Shown piece after piece: positions 1 through 12,831 of a DNA stretch of 64,000 nt. The stretch comes from Octopus bimaculoides (taxonomy: Eukaryota), in contig NC_069002.1 of the NCBI RefSeq assembly GCF_001194135.2, forward strand, positions 33,888,732-33,952,731, read 5' to 3'. The translations under genes and the position numbers were made by a program. Within the stretch, counting starts at the first letter, position 1. Every line of letters begins with the position of its first letter. The notes under the pieces were generated by a model that ran no database searches, was not told the DNA's origin, and saw only the letters and a program-made list of their open reading frames with translations.

Positions 1-405
1 TTGGGTGCATTTTTACCTATGCTGATGCGTACAATTTCAGATGCGTTGCCTAGGAAGGTGTAGCTCACCTTGACATTATGGGAGATGAACAGTTTGTAAT
101 ACTTGTGACCTCTGGGGAAATGTTTCTTAACTAAAAACAGGAAGCCCCTATCTATGTTGGAGGAAACCTCTAGGCTGAAAGGGGTACCATACCATATAAT
201 TCTCCATCTCCTAATCCCTTTGGGGTGAGGAGTGGTTGTTTGGGGGCTGGTGGTGGTGGTGATGATGACGATGATGATTATGGTGATGGGTTTACATTGC
301 ACCTCGAAAAAACTTTTGAAGTTATTGTACTGCACTCTTCGTGAATACACGGCGCGATTAAACGAATTACGTTGTCTTCTGTCCATCGTATAAGAAATAA
401 AATTT

Positions 406-406
<1 letters not shown>

Positions 407-480
<74 letters not shown>
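407..480. repeat. (AT)n microsatellite running into (GT)n
   Basis: Perfect TA run ~407-470, then tgtgtgtgtg. Confidence 0.97.
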
Positions 481-483
<3 letters not shown>

Positions 484-798
484 ACCACACTAACATATAC
501 AAGCACATACATGTTTATATATTCGTCAAAAAAAACAAACACGAAAATTATATTGCAATGAAATATAAATGGATGAAAAATATAATACAGGAAAAACACA
601 GCAAAGAATAATCTCGAATATAAGCACAGCAAACAAATTAGATTATGTGGACAATGACAAGATAACTGATGCAAAAACGGACACATACACACAGGCAGAT
701 GAACGGGAACACAGTTTGTACATATGTATAACATACATGAATGCAACAACAGCAGCAGTAGCAGCAACAATGACGGCAGCAACGACAACCACAACCAC

Positions 799-811
799 AA
801 TAATAATAATA

Positions 812-844
<33 letters not shown>

Positions 845-845
845 G
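799..845. repeat. (AAT)n(ATT)n self-complementary triplet microsatellite
   Basis: aataataataataattattattatt..., directly upstream of a SINE head. Confidence 0.95.
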
Positions 846-849
846 TTAG

Positions 850-958
850 GGAGGCGCAATGGCCCAGTGGTTAGGGCAGCGGACTCGCGGTCATAGGATC
901 GCGGTTTCGATTCCCAGACCGGGCGTTGTGAGTGTTTATTGAGCGAAAACACCTAAAG
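850..958 (+). mobile_element. tRNA-derived SINE family A, head only (cut by N gap)
   Basis: A-box-like TGGCCCAGTGG and B-box-like GGTTTCGATTCC; about 90% identical by eye to 3311-3416; ends at gap 959-978. Confidence 0.85.
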
Positions 959-1727
959 NNNNNNNNNNNNNNNNNNNNAGGGAAGGAGATGATGACCATA
1001 ATAATAACAATGATATTAATAACAATAATCATAGCAATAATAATAATAATGATAAATATAATGATGATGATGATAAATATAATAGTTAAAATATTAACAG
1101 AAATAATACTAAAAATTATAAGAATAATAATGTTAAGAATAATATCAAAAATAATAATAAAAATGATGTGATTATGATGACGAAGATGTTGATGACGACG
1201 ACGACGATGATGATGAGAGGAAGAACAACATCAACAGTAATAAACCCCTCAGGTTTAGGTTTTTTCATGTGTGTGTGGCAAAGTGATACGAGAACAATTT
1301 GGCATGCAGACAAATTGAAAACAGATCGAAACATTTTTATTAGGTGAGGGATATAGAGAAGCAAAATAACAAAAAAATAAGGACATAATATAATCTAACG
1401 TAAATCAATAAGAAAAATAAACATCGAGACGATAATATTCCACTGTTATTATTCCCATATTTTGTTTGTCTGTTTCTCCTCAATTTATATATCAGGTTGT
1501 AATTTAATTTTGATCTTATCGACACACGAAAAGTATAAAAAATTTCGTATCTGGGAAAGTGAAGAAACAAAACGAAAAAAAACCAAAAAAAAACAGAAAA
1601 AAAAACCAATCATCATGTAATTATTTAAGTTTAAATATTTTCATGTCACATTTATTGAAAACAGAAATGTGTAAATTTTTGACACTGAAGTTTTTGCTCC
1701 TACGAACACTTCCAAATAGATTTTCTC

Positions 1728-1773
<46 letters not shown>

Positions 1774-1823
1774 GACTTTTTTTTTCAATATTTACTTNNN
1801 NNNNNNNGTACATCACACCTAAC

Positions 1824-1828
<5 letters not shown>

Positions 1829-1868
<40 letters not shown>
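1829..1868. repeat. (CA)n microsatellite
   Basis: Perfect CA run. Confidence 0.97.
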
Positions 1869-1870
<2 letters not shown>

Positions 1871-2392
1871 TTTTCGCATACAGTTCGATGGAGACATTCT
1901 TCTGGCAGCAATGTGCAACAAGAGTCAAATTTCCAATCCGAATGGTAAACAAAGATGTCACCACTACCAAGTCCCTTTATATTCATTTGTTTCCGTCATT
2001 CAATTGTGGCTATGCAAGGGCACCGATATGGAAGGACTTCTGTGCAATGGAAGGAGTCCGGTGAACGCTTATCAGCCAAATCTCGTTGTGCTTTTAGGCT
2101 TCATGCTTTTACATGAGGGGGACTCTCAAGGTAATAACGCAGTATTCGGCGTCCTAGCAAAAGATCCATGTTAAGGGGGATATAACGTTATCATTTTGGT
2201 ACTAATACTGTTTCTTTCGCTAATAATTATGTATCCACGCATGCAACTACCCATACATTCATCCATCCATCCATCCATCCTTACCTTCCTACCTACCTAC
2301 CTACCTAACTACACACACACAGAAGCGCACAAACACACATATGTGTATGTCTGTGTGTATATAGATAGATAGATAGATAGATAAATAGATTG

Positions 2393-2423
<31 letters not shown>

Positions 2424-3310
2424 TTTAAATTTACAAAAAAACAAGACTAAGGCAGGTGAAAGAACAACAACCATGTGTATTTGCTTAACGCTCGAGAAGA
2501 ATGAAATATATAACTGATTAAACTCTTCACTGACGTCCTTCCCATTTATCATCAAATATTTTGTGTCTTACAACCATTCTTTGCAGACCATACATTCACA
2601 TTAATCGTTTATATATGCATAAGATTTCTCCCATTTTTCCAATGATGTTCAAATCTCTTGACGTCTAAATATTCTCTGCATTAAAACAATTCATTATACA
2701 CTTACGTTTTCACTTTTAGCAATGCTAATTTATAAAAGTGATAGGGCACGCCATAAAGATTTAGGTGATCAACTCGCGATCGTACGATTATTTCAATTCA
2801 GGGTGTGGTTGGTGGTGATTTTTTTTTCATTCCTGAAGGATGCACGTTTTCATTTTGGCACAGTCCATTAAATCGCATATGAACACTCGGCTTCCAGATG
2901 AGCAGGGGCGTTAATCCATTCAGAAGGCTGGCTTCTGCTGTCAGTCATCTGAGCGCAACGAAATCTGAGGTAAGTGTAGGTGTAATTGGTTTGAAGATGC
3001 AAGACCTTTGAACAATTAGCTTCACATATATTTCCAAGTACAGTAGTACACAGATTTTAAAATTTTTATGTTCTCTATTTTCTATCTTGTGTAACTTTAT
3101 TATGGGCATGCACCCAATATATACACTAAATATATAAGATGAAATTACATTCATCTTTTGTACAGGTTGGTCTTCCGCTCACAAGGTGTTCAAAAGTCAT
3201 CCTACATTCCGCTTTTGCATATCGGGTAACAGGTTTTGGAACAAAGTACCTAACTGTGCATCAGTTTGTGTTGGGTTGCATTTTCTCTGTAGTGTACATG
3301 ATCTGACGGA

Positions 3311-3697
3311 GGCGTAATGGGCTAGTGGTTACGGACGCGAACTCGCGGTCATAGGATCGCGGTTTCGATTCCCAGACTGGGCGTTGTGAGTGTTTAATGA
3401 GCAAAAACACCTAAAGCTCCACGAGGCTCTGGCCGGGGATGGAGGTGATCCCTGCTGTACTCTTTCACCACAACTTACTCTCACTCTTACTTCCTGTTTC
3501 TGTTGTACCTGTATTTCAAAGGGTCAGCCTTGTCACACTCTGTGTCACACTGAATATCCTGAGAACTACGTTAAGGGTACACGTGGCTGTGTTGTGCTCA
3601 GCCACTTGTACGTTAATTTCACGAGCAAGCTGTTCCGTTGATCGGATCAACTGGAACCCTCGTTGTCTTAAGCGATGGAGTGCCAACAGCAACAACA
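3311..3697 (+). mobile_element. tRNA-derived SINE family A, full length
   Basis: tRNA-like head (TGGGCTAGTGG ... GGTTTCGATTCC) shared with 850-958; ~300 bp body; 3' end GGAGTGCCAACAGCAACAACA with a (CAA)-type tail. Confidence 0.88.
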
Positions 3698-4549
3698 TGA
3701 TCTGACAGAACACTAGGAAACCAATAACCGTAAGCTGTTAACCATACTTCACAAAATATTTCATCACATAAGATATTTTTGAAGTACTTCAAATTATAGT
3801 ATTTGAGTCCATCTTTGGCTTAGTTTCACTCAACCATGTGATTACTGGTACCTTTAGCAAGCAGTCAGATCAGATGTCCACCTCTGCGTTAATTTCCTTT
3901 TTTCACCCTACTCTTCCTGGAATGACGGAAATAATGAGTCGTTGACATCGTTCGTGTTGACTAAACGCCAAAGCGAATATGTTAACTACGCAGTTTAATT
4001 GGACGCTTGATTAATACAGTGGGGTGGGGAAGACATTTTACATTTTGAAAGAAACAGTAAATAGAATTTGAGTTAAATACAGATCCTATATGTCTCAGAA
4101 TATGTAGATATATCACAGATTTGTTCCAAATAATTATGTAAGGGGAAATATGGATAAACACACATCTTAGCAAATCGCTGGTTGTAAAATCCAGGATCAC
4201 ATTAAGTTTATTTTTCAGGAACGAAGACAGTCTAACTGATAGAGATCCGTGCATTTTCATTTACTGTGTCACCCTGCGGCGACTGTTGACTCTGATAAAG
4301 CAGTGTTTCATGAAGAGTATTTGATCCTGAAACACATTTTTTATCTTAGAAATCACTTAACGTCACGGCTAGGGCTTTAGAAGTATGAGCTGTAATGTTA
4401 AGTCGGTTTACCACAATTTATGTACTGATCTTATTAAATTATATCGATTATTAATCAATATTTTACCAAGAACGTGTAGAATAGTACACGTACAATATTG
4501 TATATTTTAGTAGAGGAACTTTAGGTAAGCAGTAAATCAGGTTGTGCGC

Positions 4550-4750
4550 AAGGTCCGCATTCTAGAAGAAGAGGGAGTTAGTCAATACTATCAATCCTAG
4601 TACTTGATTGGTAGGTACTATAATCTATCGACCCCAAAAGTCTGCAAGTCTAAGACAATCCGAATTTTGAGGTAGCGAACTGAATACAACAAATAAACAC
4701 AGGTAATACCTCAAAAATTTTCCGACGCTTTACGATTCTGTCATTTTCAC
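4550..4750 (-). mobile_element. SINE family B, strongly decayed
   Basis: Keeps the motifs ctagtacttgattggtaggtac, atcgaccccaaaag and tacgattctg seen in the better copies at 6063-6222 and 12832-13047. Confidence 0.5.
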
Positions 4751-5482
4751 ATATATGAGTTTTAATCAGTATATATTAATATATCAATGTTGTGCATGAT
4801 GGAATGCGGGGAATACTGTGGAATATTGAGTATGATACAAAGAAAATTTTGTTAACATCTTAGTCATAATATTAACAATATTATAGATACCTCTAACCAC
4901 GTAACAACTGTAAATATATAATAATAATTCAAATTAGAGAATACTTCTTAGCAAACTACCACGAGAGGAGGAGAATATAGAAGCCGTACATCGATGAATA
5001 TTGGTTAGAATAATCACCAAACTGTAGTTTACGCGCAAAATTTCTTAAAATCTGAACACGATTACTGTTGCTATAGTTTAAAACGTAAGTAGACTACTAC
5101 TAACACAATTTGGAGTTTTAAACAGATTGAAAGCAGAATACCCTAAAACTATTAACCAGTAAACATGCAATATGGATTAAAATAGTAACCAGTGTCAACC
5201 CAGAAATGATTACAATATTTTGACAATATTGCAACGAAAGAATATTAAATACTATTTAATATAATGCCCGAATAGAATAAACTACAGACTGAACTAATGC
5301 GGAATTAAAATAAACACTATATTCCGAATAAAGAGGGTAGAATACTAAGCATGATATAGCCTCAATATATTTCAATTAATCAGGATACAATGAGAGTAAG
5401 TTGAAATAAAATGTAGACCCGAAAGAGAATCTTCTAACGAGATAGATAAAACGGATAGAAATAGGATCTCTATAGAGCTAAG

Positions 5483-5735
5483 TTATGTCAGGTGTGCGGT
5501 CCCATCAGCGTCATTATGCATCGAGCCGACCATATTCACCAGTGCCCTCCATCGGTGGTGGTCCCGTGCCAGCCCTTCCACATCTTCCAATATGAAGTCG
5601 AGCATCTGGAGACATTACTTAATCAGGTACAGCCATGGTGCCTCTTACATACCGTTCCAGACCATGTGGCGGATTCCTATGAAGTAGGTCGCTACGCGCT
5701 GATGATTGCATGCACACGCTCTTCCTTGAAATAGC
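5483..5735 (-). mobile_element. RTE-type LINE, decayed C-terminal/3' fragment
   Basis: GC-richer island inside the satellite. Minus strand 5590-5483 reads LEDVEGLARDHHRWRALVNMVGSMHNDADGTAHLT*, like the RTE C-terminal LA.DR..WR..V motif. Upstream frame reads T*LSNV, like TWL..V. Confidence 0.55.
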
Positions 5736-6062
5736 AGCTATACTAAATTCCGAACTTATTAAAATATTAACTAGGCTACAATCAGAATGGTTTAAATGAG
5801 TAACTAGACTAAAATCGGAATAGGTTAAACTAGAAAAAACTAGAAAAAACACTGGCAGAAATCATCCGGTTGAGAGACTAACTATACGAAACTAGAATAC
5901 GTTACCACACTATCAAGAATATAACCATGATATATTGAAATATAAACCGGAGTATAGGCAAAGTGTATTGAAACAGGAGGAAATTTTATTGAATATTATA
6001 TGGACATTAGCCAGAGATGCTTAAAATATTAGTTTTACATTTTAGCACAAAACCAGTAACTC

Positions 6063-6222
6063 TGGGGGAAGGGTACCTCAATTGCAAGGACGCCAGTACT
6101 CAATTGGTACTTATTTTATCGACTCTGAAAGGTAGTCGACCTCGACAGAATTTTAACAAAGACGGACGAAATACCGCTCTGCATTTTCCCCGGCGTGCTA
6201 CCGATTCTGCCAGCTCGTCGCC
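6063..6222 (-). mobile_element. SINE family B, internally deleted
   Basis: Reverse complement of the head GGCGACGAGCTGGCAGAATCGGTAGCACGCCGGG, plus gtcgacc and ggtacttattttatcgac. Confidence 0.8.
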
Positions 6223-7779
6223 TTAGAGTTGCTTAAAATATTGACTAGACTGAATCAGAATCTATTTAAATTCAAAACAGATGTAAATCATAATATGTTA
6301 AAATGTAGTCAGAATGAAACGAAAATGAGATAAGACAAATCAGAAAATAGAAAAAGAAAGATGCATTAAGCAATAACATGACTACAATGGGAATATATTC
6401 AAATGCTAACAAGATAAATGTCAGAATAAATTAAAATATTTACTAGTCTAAAACACTAATAGATTAAAATATTAAGTCAAGTACAATGAGATTATTTTAA
6501 GTAGTAACTTGACTATAAATATTATTGTGCAAAAAGCTAACTAGACTACAAGCGGTGTTAAAATATTAATACGAATTCAGTAGAATAGATAAAGAATAAT
6601 AACTAGAATCTGAATAGATTAAAATATTAAGTAGAATATCATGAGAAATTGTTAACATAGTCACTAAACTACTTCCAAAATTACTAAAATACTAACCAGG
6701 ATAAAAGCACAAACGATGGAAGTGGAAACAATATTAAAATCTGAATTGATTGAAATGTTAACGATAATACAATCATATTAGGTTAAAAACTAACAAATCT
6801 ACAATCAGAATAGTCATATACTAACAAGAATCTAATATTGACTCACTAACACGCCAACGGCCATGATGTTTTCAGACGCTAAGCCAAATAAAAATAAATC
6901 CACAATAGACTAAAATATTAACTATATTAAAACACAATTGATTAAAATATTAAACAAGTTGCAAGGAAATGAAATAAAATTGAATTCATCTCCAAATATA
7001 GATTTCTGTAAAATACTACCTAGACTAGTTCAGATTTCATTGAAATTATAATTAGACTATTGTCAGACTACGTTAAATTTCTAACCCAGGATACAACTGA
7101 AATATATTAGAATATTAAAGTGACTGCAACTACAATTCGTTAAATATTTACACCACTGTATATGGCCTAGATTATAATGCTAGCTGACTACAGACAGAAT
7201 AGATTAAAATATTAACTAGACTAAAACTAGAATACAGTAATGTCTTTCATCGAATACAATCGGACTACTTTAAATATTATCTAGAATAAAACTAGAATTT
7301 GTGAAAATGATGAATAAAATTCACATATGACGTTTTGAAATAGTAACCATTGTTCAGATAGATTAGATTAGTATAGTAACCTGAGTAAATGGTGAATAGA
7401 TAGATTAAACTAATAAGTATAATACAAGCAAATAATATTGTGTAATAACTAAATTATAGTAATGATTGTTTAAAATACTCAGTCGTCTAAAAGAGAAACA
7501 AATACTAAACTGACAATAAACAAAATAGTTTGTAAAGTGTAAAGCAGAAAACAACCAGAATTTATTAAAATGTTTAACTAAATACACATAGAGACGATTC
7601 AGATACTTCTTGTTACATAGAAGGTTCAAATACCCATAAGTTAAAGAAGAGACAGACGACAGACTTACTAGTTCAGCATTTTGGCTAGACTACGACATTA
7701 AGTGGATTACAATCGGAATATACGGAAATATTGATGAGACTGATATTGCAATATATTAAACGTAACATAGACACAGGTA

Positions 7780-7930
7780 CACATGTATGGTAGGAAGCGT
7801 GCTTCCCAAAGGTATTGCTTCGGGTTCAGTCCCACTGTGTAGTACCTTCGGCAACCGTCTTCTATTACAACCTCGACCCGACCAAAGTCCCGTGAGTGGA
7901 ATCGGGAGCCGGAAACTGAAAGAAGCCCGC
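7780..7930 (+). mobile_element. SINE family C, 5' half, followed by (TA/CA)n
   Basis: gggttcagtcccactg...gaccaaag...ggaaactgaaagaagcccg matches 34949-35100 and 50140-50290. Confidence 0.8.
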
Positions 7931-8013
7931 CATACATGTATATACATAATATATACTTATTTATTTATACACACACATATACGTCGTCACTCACACACAT
8001 ACATACTTTCATA

Positions 8014-8078
<65 letters not shown>

Positions 8079-8516
8079 ATAAAAGAGTACATGTGTGTGT
8101 GTGTGTATATGTGTGTATCTTTGTCTCGGTTAAAGGCCAATGACCCCTATATTTCTACTGCATTTTAAACTAAATACATGGCATTAGCAACCAAATTGAA
8201 GATATGAAAATGAATTTTATACCATGAACTCGTAGAGAATATCGTGAGGAGGTGCAATTTCTGAAAGGCTGCTTAAATGAGGCCCCACTGATCCCCTCCC
8301 CATATTTTTATTGCATCTACCTTGCTCCTACCGTTACTGATTAAACTATGATCAGCATCAGTGCTAAGCACATTTTCAGAAATAAGTTTGAGCATTCTAA
8401 ATACCTTCACGTACATACAAATCGAGATAAAGTGTTATAACAGGTACGTTTCAAGGGTTGTAGCGTGGATATTTATATTTTGTAGTTTGTGAAACTTATG
8501 TCTGGGTGGAAACTAA

Positions 8517-8829
8517 TCTTCCTGTTCAATTTTCATATTGGTGCTTGGGCCTTCAGCACAAGTGCTCGGGTATGGGGTTTAGGTGTGGGTACGAGTGAAG
8601 TATAGGTATTGAGTGTATGGGAATGGGAGCGCGGATATATGTCGGGAGTTTGGAATGGGGTATGGATAATTAATACCAACAGATACACATACAATGAATG
8701 TGCCCGTGTCCATTATTTCACACAAGGGTAGAGGGCCGCGAAGTGGTCCGATAGTGTGGCCGAAGACCTCAAATGTGCGCTTCACAGGGGCTAGAACAAA
8801 TGCCGCCCGAAGTGCGGCTTCAACGCTAG
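8517..8829 (+). mobile_element. Non-autonomous Helitron, apparently complete (313 bp)
   Basis: 5' A|TC at 8516/8517; GC hairpin GCCGC-ccgaagt-GCGGC at 8802-8818; 3' CTAG|T at 8826-8830; no TSD; G-rich interior in an AT-rich context. Confidence 0.75.
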
Positions 8830-11800
8830 TATATGTTAAAATACAAGACATAACAATTAGAATTGGTTAAAGTTGTGAACAGAGTAAATATTAACAAGTT
8901 CAACTAGTTTATATGATATAGGGCGTAGAATACCGTGGGAGTCGATTACTATTTTCTAAACAATAAATAGAGAACAGTTTAAGCAATGGGCAGTAACAAT
9001 GTTGTTTGAGTCTAAGTAATAATTAGATTACAAACTGAATATGCTAATATGCAAAATGTACTAAATACAAAATAGGTTAGTATAGTCAATAGACTAGAGG
9101 TAGTAATACTTTTTGTAGCAAGAGTACAATAATCCGATGTGGATAGAATATGGCCTATACAAAAGGCAGAAGACCTTAAAAAGCTTGAAAGATTATAAAC
9201 TGAATAGATTAAAATACTAACTCGACTAAAACTAGAATAGGTTACAATGTTTACTAGATTAACAACGGAATAGGTTAACATATCAAGAATAAGTTGTGAA
9301 CAGGATCAAACACCAAGCAAACAAAAGTCAGAATAAGTTAAAAAAACAAAACAAACGAGAATAAAAACAGAACTTAAGAGAATATTAACTTGACTAACAC
9401 TAGAATGGGTAGTAATATTAACTAGGCTTAAACCAGAAAAGATTAAAATTCCAAGAACAATAAACCCAGACTCAGATAAAATATTACCTAGACGAAAGCT
9501 AGTGCAGTTCAAAATACTTTTTAGCTTTACAACTAGAATAGATTGGAAAAACCCCAGCAAGATTACAAGTAAATCATATAAACTGTTAACCTGAGAACGA
9601 CCAAAAGATATTAAAAGAGCTAACCAGACTATAACCAGAATGGATTTTAAAAAGCTAACCAGACAGCAACCTGTTGATGTTAGATTATTAAAATATACCA
9701 AAGCCACTAAAAATGATATTGCTTCCTATGTTTTTGGCTTTCAAATAAATTTTAAATTCTGTTTTCTTCCAGAAAAATAAATTTCTTATCAAACTTTTTT
9801 CATTCTTGCTCTCTCTTTCTGTCTGTCTTCCATTTTATATTCTTTCTTTTCTCTTCATATCTTTCGTTATGTCTTAGTTACTTTTTTTCTTTATTTTTGT
9901 TTATGTCTTACTCTTACACAATTTCTGCGCGTTCATATAAAACCCACTATAGTCTAAGCAGTGTTTATATATCTATATTTCATATTCATACAGACAGGCA
10001 AACACATATCCAAATACACACACAAGGACGCAAGCACATGCAAAATGAAACGCACATACACACACACACATATATATTCTAGATAAATATTGAACGCAAT
10101 AAATTGACAGATGACGTCAACAACAACAGCGACAACAACATCAACAACCACTAGAACGACGACGATTATGATGATGATGACGACGGCGACACAGACTACG
10201 ATGACGAAAGACGCCGACAACGATGATGATCAAGAATGTAATCAAAATAATTCAATAGAAAGTAAGAATGACAAACAAAAGTATAATTCAAATAAATTAA
10301 TTATGGAAAACGTATTTAGTGTCCATTTTTGATATGTGTAACAACTGATTTTAGAGTTTCTGTTTACTGAAATAACTTTTAACTTGGTTAATATTGTTAA
10401 TAGCATAACAACAACAACATTATCGGCAACGATATTACATACAGAACCAACTCCTCCACAACTACCGAGTCCACCACCTACAACAACAGCTACAACTTAA
10501 TGGTAATATTAATGAAAATATACGAAGAGGTAACAATATAATTGTAAAGGAATGTATCAAAATTCACAATAATTTAATAATTATGTTGATAATATTAAGC
10601 ATTTCTTCTATTGTCTCTGCGACTTATTCATACGTACAAAAAGTCTTATTACACTGATATATCAAAACTATATCGGGATATACAACGTTCCATAAGAACG
10701 AACGGTAAGGCACATTATAAATATGAAGTTGCACCGTTTAATTATTTATAATTAGTAGATTTGATTGAATGTATGTACATGTATACGTTATACACAGACA
10801 TAGCAAATATATGTACACACATATGTACATTTATATTTCTATATGCGGCGTACGAGGAGTTTTCTTATAGTCAATCATACTAATTGGTAGGTCACTAAAA
10901 CTCCGACTGGAACTGGTTGATCATGGGATATTGAGATTACTATTCAGAAGCGGCTAGGAGTGATTTATTCCTGAGCAGATATGTACAGATTAAAATGAAA
11001 CGGCAAGACTTGACAAGGACATTTAATTTAATTATATGATAAAAGGTAGACAATCTCTAACAAATGTTATTAGAATGTCCAAGAAATTGGAACATAGACA
11101 AGCGTAGAGTTTATAAGCTCAGTATCCCGTCGTCAGAGAGGAAGCTGTTAACAGGTATAACAGATGTGACAGTAGTTACCATTGTTAATTATTGTACTTC
11201 ACTTTGAGAAAAAATCTAATTAAAAATCCAATGTTGGATAGATGTTATTAGTTCTAATGTTGGATAGAGATAGCCTCTATTACTCTTGACATGGATTATA
11301 GTCAAATCATTCTCTTTTCCATTCTAATAGTGGATTCCCGAAAAATTAATTTGCTAAGATATTATTAAATTTCTTATCTATCATGACTATTTAAAAAATA
11401 ATAATAACAGAATCAATGCTTAAACCGGTCCACGTGAGTCCAATTACTTAAATGTACGTTAGGTGATTGTATTAATATGATCTGCTTCCGTTTGATTTCT
11501 GTAGTTACCATCAGTGAATTTTGGCGATTTCTATAAGAGTTTTGACTGTTATTTCCAGCAGGCAGCCATACTTAGTATTTCCTTTGATTAATTCTAATCC
11601 TTCAGGTATTTAATGCTTTTGTGGGGCCTGCAACTGCCTATGTTATTGATTCTGTTATTATCTACGTGTTTGCATGTATATATATATACATATATATAGA
11701 CGGTTTAGATATAGATTCAAGGTTGAATATGGTACTTATGCGTAGGCACCCAAATATCGTATCCCAAAAGGATAGGTGATCAAAATCAAAAAAATAAGCA

Positions 11801-12100
11801 ACACGGATTTCAAAGGTGATTGCAGTACGCACGTTTCATGCTACTCCAATGTATTAAAGTAATGCGAGCATTACATTAAATGCAATATGAAGAGCAATCT
11901 TCAGCTGCATGAAAATGCAGAAAATTACTGTAGAAAAGACATATTAGAAATGTGGCAACATTTCAAATCCAAGTGAGAGAGAGAATACATAAAAATCCAA
12001 ATGCGAGGAAGAATACATAAGTCCGTCTTGACATAGCCGAGTCTATCAGGCTAGTAATTGATTCTAGACAACAGTTATATATATATGGAANNNNNNNNNN

Positions 12101-12146
<46 letters not shown>

Positions 12147-12652
12147 CCTTCTCGTTCAGTTTTAGTAGAGATTTGTCACTGATGATTCTTGCCTGGATTT
12201 AAGATTACTAATATATACTGTGAGCGACGACCAAATCATTCTGTACAGGTAGTATTATTGTCTGAAAATCGAAGCCTAATAACTTGGTAATATGGATGCG
12301 TTGGCGGTAATAATTTCTTAAATATTGTTCTTGCAGTTCCAAAATAACGTTATATATAATTTTATCATAAACTTTTATAACCTTATATGAAAACATAGGA
12401 TTATGCAAATCTGTTAAATTTATATTTATGGATTTTGAGACGCTGTCGAATTTACGACATATTGTTCAAAATTTAAAATATCTGTTTCAAGTGTCACGTG
12501 TTTTATCTTTTTGCTTCGTGATATTAACGTTTTATATCAAAATAATGAGTTCACTTACATACAATCCCCATCCAATATTTTACAGCAGTCTTTCTCAAAC
12601 GAAGTAATTCCTATTGTTTTTCTTTTTTTTCTGTGCTGTACGTTGGCCAGCA

Positions 12653-12830
12653 TTCTTTTTTCTTCTCTAGGTACATGGCCCAGAATTTGGAGAGAGGGGG
12701 CTAGTCGAACTGGTACTTAATTTATCGACCTCAAAAGGATGAAAGCAAAGTCGACATCGGTGAAAATTGAAGTCAGAACATAAAGACTGTTGAAATACCG
12801 CTAAGACTGTTGGCCCACCGTAGTAAAGTT
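12653..12830 (-). mobile_element. SINE family B, 5'-eroded; downstream member of a tandem pair
   Basis: ggtacttaatttatcgacctcaaaaggatgaaagcaaagtcgac...aaataccgctaag. Confidence 0.8.
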
Positions 12831-12831
12831 T

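Larger units (their letters stand above)
5050..9710. repeat. Degenerate 33-bp minisatellite field (consensus about CTAGAATAGATTAAAATATTAACTAGACTAAAA), interrupted by insertions
   Basis: Motif spacing of exactly 33 bp: GAATAG at 9202/9235/9268, AGA at 9369/9402/9435/9468, TAACTAG at 5768/5801. Near-consensus units also at ~6460, ~6612, ~7197. Confidence 0.8.

Noticed and set aside
853-925. tRNA gene at the SINE A heads (also 3311)
   Set aside because: A and B boxes are present but there is no full cloverleaf, and the sequence continues into a shared SINE body.
9306-9707. 133-aa hydrophobic ORF resembling a membrane protein
   Set aside because: It follows from the stop-free frame of the 33-bp satellite.
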